Under the pieces are notes generated by a model. That model did not search any database. It was not told the origin of the DNA and saw only the letters and a list, made by a program, of their open reading frames with translations. Of a stretch of 64,000 nt of DNA, positions 12,146-26,036 are shown piece by piece. The stretch covers positions 21,452,001 to 21,516,000 of the forward strand of contig OX597839.1 in the NCBI GenBank assembly GCA_951406725.2. Reading direction: 5' to 3'. The stretch is from Octopus vulgaris. Lineage: Eukaryota. Each line of letters opens with the position of its first letter. Within the stretch, counting starts at the first letter, position 1. A program made the position numbers and the translations under genes.

Positions 12146-13214
12146 CCCTTTCGTTACTATATTTCTGACCAAAATACACCCCTTATGTGTTTCAATTAAT
12201 TTCTAACGTAATCATAAATTTAGTCTGGTTTCATTAAACAACTATAACTTTTTTATTTATGAATATATTAATCTGATTTTTGGAAGATAATTTAGTGAAA
12301 TGTTCTCAACCAATTCTATACTATAATTTTTGTCACAAAGTAACTCTAATTGCAGGTAGATACAGGTAAATTCAACAATATATAAAATTATTAAAATTTT
12401 GTTCAAACATCGCTATAGAAAATGGGTTATTAGCTAATATTCAATTGGGTATACAACAAAATTTTACGATAGAATTTGTTATTCTGGGTAACTTTCTAAT
12501 ACCCATAATAATATTTATGGCAAAATAGGCCTTAATTTCATTTAAGGTTGTGGGAAATAACAAACTATCGTTTCTTTCGCTTTGTTTACGTTTAGCGTAA
12601 CAGTTCGTTTCTGCCGTAATGATTTCAAATGGGCTCATTCGAAAAAGTAAAAAGAAATAGTTTAAGGCTTTACTCTTCTGGGAAAGTCTGTGGCTTGGTC
12701 CAGTTTCTTCAGAAAAATCACCGAAAGAAACAGTTTTTAAATTTTCACTCCATTCAGGTGCCAAATCATTTTCTTTATCGCTGTCGGAGATCTCAGATTC
12801 ACTGTTTTCACTTTCGGAAAATGAAACATCAGATTCATTATCAAATACCACATGCTTTTTTTTTTCAGTCATAGAGTTAGATTTATGAAGGTCTTCAGTA
12901 GAAAATCCTTCGAATTCTGACTCGCTGCTTGATATAATGAAATTCGTATCCATTTTTTGTCAGAATTACAAATTTTGAAAACACAATAGGAACAAATTTC
13001 GGAAAAAAAAATCTCCCATAATTCACGGAATTAAAATTACACTTCGATTTTTGTACAAAACTGTAGTTGAACTGTTTACGAAGTATAATACGTGTTTTCA
13101 CGAATGTTCTAAAGAGATTTACTCTGATATTCTCCTTTAAATATGAATAGGTAAATTCGGGCGGCTTGGTCACATTAACCAAAATTTTTTTCGGGCGGTT
13201 TGGTAACGAAAGGG
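12146..13214 (-). mobile_element. piggyBac-family internal deletion derivative
   Basis: TTAA TSDs at 12142-12145 and 13215-13218; 12-bp TIR CCCTTTCGTTAC/GTAACGAAAGGG; subterminal repeats ttcgggcgg(c/t)ttggt. Confidence 0.9.
12441..12953 (-). pseudogene. Truncated piggyBac transposase N-terminus (170 aa)
   Basis: Acidic Ser-rich N-terminus followed by FFLLF...IITAETNCYA...TTLNEIKAYFAINIIMGIRKLP, typical of piggyBac transposases; no catalytic DDD core. Confidence 0.8.
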
Positions 13215-13762
13215 TTAAACGGATGCATACATTTATTAATAACTATATATAAGTGTCGTCTGTTTATACATAAACACTGTTTCATACTGCAATTATATAT
13301 ACATATATCTATATTATATAATAAAATATATACAGAGTAAAATAAAAACCAATTTACCTTTTCTGTATTGTTATAGCAATTCGACCGTCCGTGTGTCTTT
13401 GCAAATGTGTTGGAATGATAAGTGAGTTGTGTTTTGGCGCCTTTTTTACTAATAACAAACACACACGTGTTTGTATGTAGTTGTTTGAAACGTTTGTTTG
13501 TCACTGTCATATATGTATGTGTATGCGTGTGTGTGAGGAATGACACACACACACTCACGCATGCACACATGTACATCAATGCTTTTATCAGCGTCATAGA
13601 CAGAAACAAATATTACATCGCCATCGCCATCGCATTCTATTGTCTACCTGTCAACACACACACAGTGAATCACTTTCACTTTATTCGTTGCACACTGTGT
13701 GTGTGCGTTTGCGTGTGCTGTATCCCACACTAAGAGAAGCATTTGACTCATACACCACAATG

Positions 13763-14348
13763 TGAGTTTTCTCTAAGTTTTGCTTAATTGGGGTTGAAAT
13801 TTTAAAAAGTGGACCTGGCACGACCCGATGCATTCTACTCTTAAGAATGCTAGGTAAATTGTAATTGAAGAAATCCTATATTGTAGATTTCTATAAGATA
13901 CAAAGGGAGGGAAACTGAAAGAAGCCCGTCGTATATATGTATATATATATATATATGTATGTTTGTGTGTCTGTGTTTGTTCCCCTAGCATTGCTTGACA
14001 ACCGATGCTGGTGTGTTTACGTCCCCGTCACTTAGCGGTTCGGCAAAAAGAGACCGATAGAATAAGTACTGGGCTTACAAAAAGAATAAGTCCCGGGGTC
14101 GAGTTGCTCGACTAAAAGGCGGTGCTCCAGCATGGCCGCAGTCAAATGACTATATATATATACATATATATACATACATATATACACACATATATATATA
14201 TATATATATGCACACACACACACATATATATACATACATATATACACATATATATACATACATACATATATACATACATATATGCACATATATATAAATA
14301 CATATATATACATACATATACATACATACATATATACATACATATATT

Positions 14349-14419
<71 letters not shown>

Positions 14420-14615
14420 TACATATATACATATCTCTTATGATAAAAGCAGATTTTCTCGCCTGTTCCCGTGTTTCTTTTTAATACAATTCTACAATAT
14501 AGAATTTCTTCAATTGGAATATACCTATGATTTTTCCAAGTAGATTCGATTGGGTCATGGCATGTAAAGTTTTTTCAATTTGACCCCCAATTAAGCAAAA
14601 ATTCGAGAAAACTCA
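13763..14615. mobile_element. Old foldback/MITE with ~140-bp imperfect TIRs, interrupted by a SINE fragment and microsatellite
   Basis: Left tgagttttctctaagttttgcttaattgggg...ttgaagaaatcctatattgtaga is inverted at the right as tctacaatatagaatttcttcaa...ccccaattaagcaaaaattcgagaaaactca. Confidence 0.6.
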
Positions 14616-14855
14616 ATATTTTACGATTTCCCTCTCTCATTTCAAGTAGTTTACTCCTGCTATTACCACCACACTTTCTCCTACTTTCTCTTTGCAAGTG
14701 TAAAACTATTAAAGTGAAAGTATTATATAACAGGGATGAGCCATTTAATAGTGGTCATCCTTTTTGCTAGAGGAAGATCCGCTATGGTCTTATATGCTAC
14801 ACTACTGGTTTTCAATTCATATTAATCAAATTAATATTCAATTTTTCACCCTTAT

Positions 14856-14912
<57 letters not shown>

Positions 14913-15779
14913 GCAATTCGTATAAAATTGCATCAATGACTTGAACTTGAATAAGTGGTTTCACATAAATGGGGATAAATTAAAAAGGTTTGTTGTTATT
15001 ATTATTACTGTTTGACTATTGTAATCACGTTTGTTGGTTCCTCGTCAGGGAAACGTTGTTGTGTTGCATTTGTTAAATAATTGTAAACCGTAACCCTCCC
15101 CCTTTCGGAGAAGGGGCTTTCGTTATTGTTTAAAAGTTGAATTGTGTCCCTGTTTGGGAAAATTGACAATAGTTTCACCGTCTTTACGGAAGCATTTTTG
15201 TTAAAATGCCTTCGATAGAAGAAAGTCCAAAACTGAATTTCGCTGCAGCCGTACACTTCTATACAATAGGGAGGACAAGATCCAATTGATCGAAATTGCA
15301 AGAGACGGGCCTACAATTCCAGTCTGTTATATATTTTGAGTATTATTATCACTAGCGATATCAAGATATAACTTTGTATTTTTATTTTATGTGTAGATGT
15401 ATATATATAGATGTACATGTAATATGTACACATATATATATATACACATATATACATGCATAATATATCTACCCATACACACAAACGCACACATACACAC
15501 ACACATACATAGGGGCAGGTGTGGCTGTGTGGTAACAAACTACGTTCCAAACACATGGTCCTGGGTTCAGTCCCACTGTGTGGTGACTTGGCATGTGTCT
15601 TCTACTGTAGCTTCAGACCAACAAAAGCCTTCTCAGTGGATTTTGTACATATATACAGGCATACATACATATATAAATGCGGTATAAACACTCTACCATT
15701 ACAACTAATAACTGTTGGGAACACTTTCAAACCTGCCATACATTCGAACCGGAATCTCAAAAACATTGTCCCCTTCAGC

Positions 15780-17022
15780 GCCAAGCTCAACTGCTCTGAC
15801 ATTGCCCTAGCTGTGGCATCCTCTGGAATTGCGGCTACTTTGTTGCCAGGCGGCAGGACAGCTCACTCCACTTTCAAGCTCACGCTTCACTTAGCGAAGA
15901 CTGAGACACCAACTTGCAACATCAGTAACAGCTCCGATCAGGCAGAAGTTTTCCGACGATGCAAGCTTATCGTTTGGGATGAATGCACGATGGCCCACAG
16001 AGGTGCTCTTGAGGCACTAGATAGATCTCTCAGAGATATCAAACACTCTTCAGCTCCCATGGGAGGCATAACACTTCTTCTTTCAGGGGACTTCCGACAA
16101 ACACTTACCGTTATTCCCAAAGGGACTAGAGCTGATGCAGTAAGTGCGTGTCTTACGTCATCCACATTGTGGCCACTGGTGAAGACTCTCAAACTTCACA
16201 CCAATATGCGTGCTCATATGCGACGTGATATCACATCAGCAGCATTTTCTCACACTCTCCTTGCACTTGGCGAAGGCAAAATACCAGGGGATGAAAATGG
16301 TAATATTGCCATCGATTCCATTTGTACCATTGTTAAAACGCCTTCTGATCTCAGAGATGCAGTGTTCCCAGATCTACAAGCTAATTATCAGAATATGGAT
16401 TGGATTGGCCAAAGAGCTATTCTGGCCCCGAGGAATAAAACTGTTCACCATATTAATGATGAAATGCTAAAACTCATTCCTGGGGATGTCTATGTATATA
16501 AGTCTATCGATACAACTCCTGACCCAGAGGACGTCATCAACTATCCAATATAGGTACTCAATTCCTTTGAGCCCCCCCCCCCCCGGACTACCACCACACA
16601 TTCTCAAACTTAAAGTTGGTGCTCCTATAATGCTCATTAGAAATTTGGTTCCCCCAAAACAATGCAATGGCACACGTTTGATCGTTAAGTCCTTATCTCC
16701 CAATCTGATTGAAGCCACCATTATCACAGGGTGCGGTCGAGGCAACGTTGTGCTCATACCTAGGATGCCTCTTTTCCCATCAGGAGCAGACCTACCTTTC
16801 ATATTTCGGAGGTCCCAGTTCCCAGTAAGGCCATGTTTTGCAATGTCAATTAACAAAGCGCAGGGTCAAACACTGTCGGTGGCGGGAATACATTTGGGAG
16901 AGCCATGTTTCTCTCATGGTCAGCTTTATATTGCCTGCTCGCGTGTCGGCAGCAACAGTGATGCTTTCGCATTCGTTCCACAACGAAAAACAAAAAACAT
17001 TGTGTGCAAGGAGGTTTTATAG
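15780..17022 (+). pseudogene. Helitron PIF1-like SF1 helicase (C-terminal part of RepHel)
   Basis: VASSGIAATLLPGGRTAHS, IVWDECTM, LSGDFRQ, ILAPRN, LKLKVGAPIMLIRN, CNGTRL, RSQFPVRPCFAMSINKAQGQTL and FSHGQLYIACSRV. Nonsense TAG at 16551 and a poly-C frameshift at ~16572-16584. Confidence 0.92.
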
Positions 17023-17850
17023 GATTACTACGTTTCATCATTTTCGAACACGTTAGTATTTCACTTACATACGACTCTCTTTTATGATGGCATTTACATT
17101 TTTAGGCGTTTCATGACATTAATTCACACTTAACCAACACCTGTCCTTCGCTCACCTCGATTTCTATCCATTCATCATCAAACCACCAGCCTCATCTTCT
17201 ATATCCAACGTATATGACACATCTACACTTTCACTGTTAAAGTTTACATAAGCGACAACACGATCGCAACATACACTTTGGAAACTAAGCAACAGATCAT
17301 TTTATACAACAACAAATTTAATCATAACGCCCATCAATGAAAACATCACCACCACTGTGTTGGGATTCATCTATTCAGCACCACTACAGTCTTGCCGGTC
17401 TGACATATGGTGAGTAGATGCTATTCTTCTATATTTTATAAATTACCCATATTTACTTACCCATGCTTCATTCCCCTCTTGCCTACATAGGGCATCCATT
17501 CTCTTTTAACACAGCATGAAGTTTTGTAACAGCACATCCGCTGCCGTTCGTGGAAAACGAAGAGACCCTATTCACCTGCGAACGTTTTACATCGCCTTCC
17601 ACGACTATCAAATTCTTACAATTATGAGAACAATAACATGGCTCTTTTCAAGGCAACCTCGCATTCAATCCTTACACCATTCTACGAGGGGGTAGGAACG
17701 CCTTTACACGGCTTTCAATACACTTACAAATACATTCATTCGCCGTAAACTTATATCAATATTTGCCTGAATAATCATCATAATTCAGTGCAATCATTAA
17801 CAGTACTTTCAAGCAATTCAGCCCCGAGCATCGCCGGGCAATTCTGCTAG
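15780..17850 (+). mobile_element. Helitron, 5'-truncated, with intact 3' terminus
   Basis: PIF1-like helicase coding region, then hairpin cccgagcatcgccggg and terminal CTAG (17847-17850) followed by T. Confidence 0.9.
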
Positions 17851-17927
<77 letters not shown>

Positions 17928-18591
17928 TGTGTGTCTATACATGCAGAGAGAGGTGAAAGACGTAGGAATGTTATGGGGTAGAACGATAGAAGGAAAGAAG
18001 AGAAAGAGATAAAATTATGAATCTAAATATCACATTGAAGGTGATAGAAGAATTCATGAAGATATGATGAGATTCCTTAACGCAAACGTCGTCTCTTCTT
18101 CACCCCAGAGTCAGCCTCTCGACCGCCAATTCGCACACTTCAACCCATTATATCACACACGCCATTTTACATACTGCTACTACAGCGCCATCTGTGCAAG
18201 CTTTAATCAAAATTTACTTTCACATTTTTTTTTCTGTTGTTCTTTTTTCGTTTTTTTACAGCATTTGTTGTTCGTATTATATATTTTTTTGGCATATTTT
18301 CAAAACTGACGCTTCTATCACACGAGAGAAACAAGCTGAAGTCTCGGGCTAGAATCCGAGATTCTGTTATATTAACTCGAGGCTTACACGTCTCTACTTT
18401 TCAGGGTGTGTGTGTGTGTGTTTGTTTTGGTACTTTTTTCTTGTTTACCCTTGCTTTTTTTCCTGTTCCTTTCTCATTTCTTTTTCCATTCCTGTACTTC
18501 CTCTCCCTCTTTTCGTAATTTCAGGCATTAAATGCCAAGGAAACCTTATCAAGTCTATGCTGCATGCTAACAACTAGAACAACAACAGCAG

Positions 18592-18597
18592 TGATGG

Positions 18598-18664
<67 letters not shown>

Positions 18665-19762
18665 AATGATAATAATAATAATGATAATAATAATAATAAT
18701 AATAATGATAATAATAATAATAATAATGATAATAATGATGATGATGATAATGATAATAATAATAATGATAATAATAATGATGATGATAATGATAATAATA
18801 ATAATGATAATAATAATGATGATGATAATGATAATAATAATAATGATAATAATAATAATAATAATGATAATAATAATGATGATGATAATGATAATGATAA
18901 TAATAATAATGATAATAATAATAATAATGATAATAATAATGATGATGATAATGATAATAATAATAATGATAATAATAATAATAATAATGATAATAATAAT
19001 GATGATGATAATGATAATAATAATAATAATAATGATAATAATAATAATAATGATAATAATAATGATGATGATAATAATAATAATGATAATAATAATGATA
19101 ATGATAATAATAATAATGATAATAATAATAATAATGATAATAATAATGATAATGATAATAATAATAATGATAATAATAATAATAATAATAATGATAATAA
19201 TAATGATGATGATAATGATAATAATAATGATAATAATAATAATAATAATGATAATAATAATGATGATGATAATGATAATAATAATAATGATAATAATAAT
19301 AATAATGATAATAATAATGATAATGATAATAATAATAATGATAATAATAATAATAATAATAATGATAATAATAATGATGATGATAATGATAATAATAATA
19401 ATGATAATAATAATAATAATGATAATAATAATAATGATGATGATAATAATAATAATTATTATTATAAGGGAGGAGGGCAACGATAATGAAAAGCAGTAGA
19501 CGAAGATGATGATGACGATGATGATGATGATGATGATGACGAAGATGATGATGATGATGACGAAGATGATGATGACGATGATGATGATGATGATGATAAT
19601 GAGGGTAATGGTGATGTTAGTGATGATGACGATGATGATGATGATGATGACGAAGATGATGATGATGATGATGACGAAGATGATGATGATGATGATGACG
19701 AAGATGATGATGATGATGATGACGAAGATGATGATGACGATGATGATGATGATGATGACGAA

Positions 19763-19797
<35 letters not shown>

Positions 19798-19876
19798 CGA
19801 TGATGACGAAGATGATGATGATGATGATGACGAAGATGATGATGATGATGATGACGAAGATGATGATGATGATGAC

Positions 19877-19920
<44 letters not shown>

Positions 19921-20005
19921 CGATGATGATGATGATGATGACGAAGATGATGATGATGATGACGATGATGATGATGATGATGATGATGACAATGATGATG
20001 ACGAA

Positions 20006-20058
<53 letters not shown>

Positions 20059-20062
20059 CGAA

Positions 20063-20121
<59 letters not shown>

Positions 20122-20206
20122 CGATGATGATGATGACGATGATGATGATGATGATGACGATGATGATGATGATGATGACGATGATGATGATGATGATGAT
20201 GACGAA

Positions 20207-20247
<41 letters not shown>

Positions 20248-20263
20248 CAATGATGATGACGAA

Positions 20264-20307
<44 letters not shown>

Positions 20308-20380
20308 CGATGATGATGATGATGATGATGACGAAGATGATGATGACGATGATGATGACGAAGATGATGATGATGATGAC

Positions 20381-20412
<32 letters not shown>

Positions 20413-20458
20413 CGAAGATGATGATGATGATGATGATGATGACGAAGATGATGACGAA

Positions 20459-20490
<32 letters not shown>

Positions 20491-20506
20491 CGAAGATGAT
20501 GACGAA

Positions 20507-20566
<60 letters not shown>
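18592..20566. repeat. ~2-kb compound trinucleotide array: (GAT/AAT)n then (GAT/GAC/GAA)n
   Basis: Direct reading; short unique spacer at ~19465-19500. Confidence 0.98.
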
Positions 20567-20779
20567 AAAGAATAAATTAAAGAAATAATAGATTTTAAAA
20601 GCAATAAACGAAAAAAACAATAATAACCGATATTTCATACACCTGTCTAGCTATGTATATATACAAACACACACACACACACACATATATATGTATATAC
20701 ACACATATACATATACACCAATATAAACATGCGCCGCACATACACACGTATACACATACATATAAATATATACATATAA

Positions 20780-20822
<43 letters not shown>

Positions 20823-20857
20823 CAATGCATACACACATACATATGCACATACATACA

Positions 20858-20891
<34 letters not shown>

Positions 20892-21130
20892 CGTATGTAT
20901 GTATGTATATGTATGTATGTGTGTAGGTATGTGTGTACGAGTGCATATATATATATATATATACTCACATCACACATACATACACACATACATACATACA
21001 CACATACATACATATACATACATACATACATACATATATACGTATGTATGTATGTATGTATGTATGTATGTATGTATGTATGTATGTATGTATGTATGTA
21101 TGTATGTATATGTATGTGTGTATGCTTGTA

Positions 21131-21195
<65 letters not shown>

Positions 21196-21533
21196 TCGTA
21201 CACACTTCCGCTGCCGCCGAATGAAAGCCATTTCAGAGCTTGATGCGATCGGCTGTAAAGTCTTGCCTGGAGTAACCCTTACAACACATTAATGCCTTTT
21301 GGAAATAAGGAGATTTTTATGGTGCGGAGTCCATTAAATCCATATAGAGTCTTTTTGCTGTTTTTCTTTTTCTTTTTTTACACATGGGACTCGTTACTAT
21401 TCGAATGAAGCAGATTCTGCTCGGGAGACGGAGTCTTTCAACTTTTCTCATTCGTTTATTTATTTATACATACATACATACATACATACATACATACATA
21501 CACAATAAAAAAGAAAGAGAAATACACATAAGA

Positions 21534-21611
<78 letters not shown>

Positions 21612-21730
21612 TACGTATGCATATGTTTCCAAACATACACACATAGCTACAAATATATCCTGTGTATTTCTAAATATAATCGTCGCCATAAAGTGAACTA
21701 AGGCTCCAATTTAAACCTGTCTCCCCTTCT

Positions 21731-21838
<108 letters not shown>

Positions 21839-22090
21839 TTCTATGTTTCAGTATCTCCTTGTTTCTTCCTCTTTCGAGTTTTTAAATTCTTTTATCTGCA
21901 TTTTGCCAGGCAATACGCACGCGCACACACACAAGTGTTTAATTGAGGAACAACGAGGCCACTATTATTAAGATAAACGACTCAAAGCATTTTTGCGCTG
22001 AGAAGCCATATTTACTTGAGATATTTTTCGACACTCTGTCGCGTGAGTGACTGCAGAAATCCAATCATAACACACTGTTTAGACAGTCAA

Positions 22091-22156
<66 letters not shown>

Positions 22157-22334
22157 GGTGTATTTACGTCCCCATAACTTAGTAGTTCGGTGAAAAAAAA
22201 ATAGTGATACAATAAGTACGAGTCTTACAAAGAAAAAGTCCTGAGATCGATTCCTTCGACTAAGGCGGTGCTCTAGCATGGCCACAGCCAAATGACTGAA
22301 ACAAGTAAAAGAATATATATATATATACATACAT

Positions 22335-22429
<95 letters not shown>

Positions 22430-22507
22430 AAAGTTTGTTTGGTAAAGCACGTGGGTGAATATATAAGAGAATAGTAAAGAGTGAAAAAACGACAGAAGGC
22501 TTAAATG

Positions 22508-22584
<77 letters not shown>

Positions 22585-22917
22585 GTAGATACATCCCTGG
22601 TACATATACGTGCGTATGTACAAAGAGAGAGAGAGAGAGAAACAGAGAAAGAAGAGAAGGAGCGAAAGCAGAAGATAAGGAAGGATGTTAGAGAAGTTAC
22701 GTATGTCCGCAGGCAAAAGTACTCAACATAGATAAATATAGAGTTGGATATGTGTATCCGTCTGTGTGTGTGTATGTAAAAACTTGATATATCGCGGGTA
22801 ACTCAGAGTTTCACTTTAGCTTGAACGACGACAATACCAATAATAACAATAATAACCACAACGGCAGCAACAACAACAATTGCTGCTTTTCATTCCTTCA
22901 ATTTGGAACATTCTAAG

Positions 22918-23260
22918 TAAAGGGTAAAGACCCCCTTCGGTCATAAATGACCATGGGATTGCACCTAGAAAGTTACCCTCCTAGACACAAGTCCGAGCAA
23001 GGTTGTTTATGGAAGACCAGCAGTCGCCCATGCATACCAGCCTCCCCTCTCCACGCCACCAGTGTTATCCAAGGGAAAGACAAAGGTCGATACAGCTTGG
23101 CACCTGTGACGTCGCAACTCATTTCTACAGCTGAGTGAACTGGAGCAACGTGAAATAAAGTGCCTTGCTCAAGAACACAACACGCAGCCCGGGCCGGGAT
23201 TCGAGCTCACAACCTCACGATCGTAAGCTCGACGCTCTAACCACTGAGCCATGCGCCTTC
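22918..23260 (-). mobile_element. tRNA-derived SINE family C
   Basis: Reverse strand ggcgcatggctcagtggttagagcg...gagctcgaatcc (A/B boxes); tail ggtctttacccttta. Confidence 0.85.
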
Positions 23261-23461
23261 CAAGTATGTTGGGTAAAATTCATAAAATAGAAACAAGGGG
23301 AGATGAATTTATTACGAATGTTACGTCACTGATAAAAACGTGGAGTGCACAGATGAGATTGTTGTACCCAACCGAGCAGAGCTGCTTTGAATTTGTAGTT
23401 GCACCTAGGTGGATGAGAGAGTATGTGTGTGTGTGTATGTGTGTGTGTGTGTGGTGTTGTG

Positions 23462-23561
23462 NNNNNNNNNNNNNNNNNNNNNNNNNNNNNNNNNNNNNNN
23501 NNNNNNNNNNNNNNNNNNNNNNNNNNNNNNNNNNNNNNNNNNNNNNNNNNNNNNNNNNNNN
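23462..23561. other. Assembly gap (100 N)
   Basis: Direct reading. Confidence 1.
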
Positions 23562-23843
23562 AGACAGACAGAGTGAGGGAGAGAGAGAAAGAGAGGGTGT
23601 GTGTGTGTGTGTGTTCGGTTGTAAAGTTACATAAGTGACTCAAGGGCCGAGAGTTTCGTCCAACCAATTTTACGTTTAAGGTGTTGGTCACTCGAAGGTT
23701 TTGGTAGAGACTTGTCCAAAATCCGAAATGCCAAGGTGACGTGCAATGGAATCGAACGTTGAATTATGTGGCTGTGAGGTTTGTGAAATGAGTTTCTTAA
23801 CCGCACACTCACATGCACAAATATACACCTGTATATACATATA

Positions 23844-24260
23844 GGCGCAGGAGTGGCTGTGTGGTAAGTAGCTTGCTAACCAACCACATGGTTCCGGGTT
23901 CAGTCCCACTGCGTGGCACCTTGGGCAAGTGTCTTCTGCTATAGCCTCGGGCCAACCAATGCCTTGTGAGTGGATTTGGTAGACGGAAACTGAAAGAAGC
24001 CTGTCGTATATATGTATATATATATATATATATATGTGTGTGTATATGTGTATGTGTGTGTGTTTGTCCCCCTAGCATTGCTTGACAAACGATGCTGGTG
24101 TGTTTACGTCCCCGTCAATTAGCGGTTCGGCAAAAGAGAATGATAGAATAAGTACTGGGCTTACAAAGAATAAGTCCCGGGGTCGATTTGCTCGACTAAA
24201 GGCGGTGCTCCAGCATGGCCGCAGTCAAATGACTGAAACGAGTAAAAGAGTAAAAGAGTA
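23844..24260 (+). mobile_element. SINE family A
   Basis: Full-length copy. Confidence 0.9.
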
Positions 24261-24334
24261 TATACACCTGTGTGTGTGTGTGTGAGTGTGTGTGTAGTAT
24301 ATATAGATAGATATAAAGCTACGAGGAATGTCAG

Positions 24335-24380
<46 letters not shown>

Positions 24381-24386
24381 TATGTG

Positions 24387-24424
<38 letters not shown>

Positions 24425-24918
24425 TTCCCATGTTTAGATTTAAGTGAACAATTAAATCTCAACCCTGCCCCGTCTGGCCATGCCACAGCTTTTGGCAGGA
24501 AATGACCTTGTGTTCACTAGCGATGGTATGTTGTGTTATTGGGTTGTTTTGTGAATGTAAAGACAGCGATGGCGACATGACGCAGAGAAAATACACGATG
24601 TTGGTTCATCGGAAGTGTGACGTCAGCCGGATGTGCTCATCTACCCTCCAACCCCGCTTCGTTCACCACGTTTTCTTATTTTGCCTATTTTTAAAGCTGA
24701 AATACCATCTCTATCGACAATCGGCAGGTGGCTCTCACTTCCGGGGATATTTCTTGTGTTTTGGGGGTTGAAGGATGACACAGGGAGGAAGGCGGTAAAT
24801 TTTCCCAAACTATTCTTCCAACTACAGACACAGTCAACCAGCAGTGTTTTAGTGGTGGGGTACCTCATCCGGAATATATCCCATTTGATATATGTGTATG
24901 TGTACACACACACACATC

Positions 24919-24985
<67 letters not shown>

Positions 24986-24990
24986 TATAT

Positions 24991-25133
<143 letters not shown>

Positions 25134-25619
25134 TAAGTGTGGAATATGTAGGCGTGGCTATGTGGTACACACAGATATGCTTCCCAACCGCATGATATCC
25201 AGGTTCAGTCCCACTGTGTGGCACCTTGGGCAAGTATCTTCTATTATAGCCAAAGGCTTGTGAATGGATTTGGTAGATGGGAACAGAAGGAAGACCGTCG
25301 TTTACAGTAGTAATACCTCACACGAGACCCAGGGTTAACGAGTTTTAGCTTTCGAGCTGCAAAAGTTTCTACGACCATACAAAATGCTCCAGCTGTCACC
25401 GTGAAATTTATAGAGAGTGAAAAAAAGCTTCTTCTAAGCAAACAACTATAGACTTTTTTTTTTGGCTATGTGGTAAGTAGCTTGTTTACCAACCACATAG
25501 TTCCGGGTTCAGTCCCACTGCGTGGCACCTTGGGCAAGTGTCTTCTACCATTGCCCCGGGCATTACGACCAAAGCCTTGTGAGTGGATCTTGGTAGACGG
25601 AAACTGAAAGAAGCCTGTC

Positions 25620-25671
<52 letters not shown>

Positions 25672-26036
25672 GACATACCTGTCTTCACGGCCGAAACAGC
25701 TGTCAGCTACAATGTAATTGTATTTTCTATTTCTATTTCTAGTTATATTTGTAATATATTATGTATAATGTCATTGCTGTTGTGTAATGGTTTAATAAAG
25801 TATTGAGTGGGTATTATCTGATGGTTGATGATTGATTTAGGTATGTTTCTCCATTTTCTCCTCAAATGACTGAAACAAGTAAAAGAGTAAAAGAGAGTAA
25901 GTCCGTCTTCAAGGCGGTGCTCCAGCATGGCCGCCATCAAATTGATTGAAACATGTAAACGATAAGATGTAATATATGTGTGTGTGTGTGCGTATATATA
26001 TATATATATATATATATAAACATGAAATATATGTGT

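Noticed and set aside
15519-15780. N-terminus of the 344-aa ORF as part of a cellular PIF1 gene
   Set aside because: It derives from a decayed SINE head; the helicase part is intronless, disrupted and ends in a Helitron terminus.
18521-20638. 705-aa, 380-aa, 360-aa and 311-aa ORFs (poly-I/S/M)
   Set aside because: Translations of a trinucleotide array with no domain or splice support.
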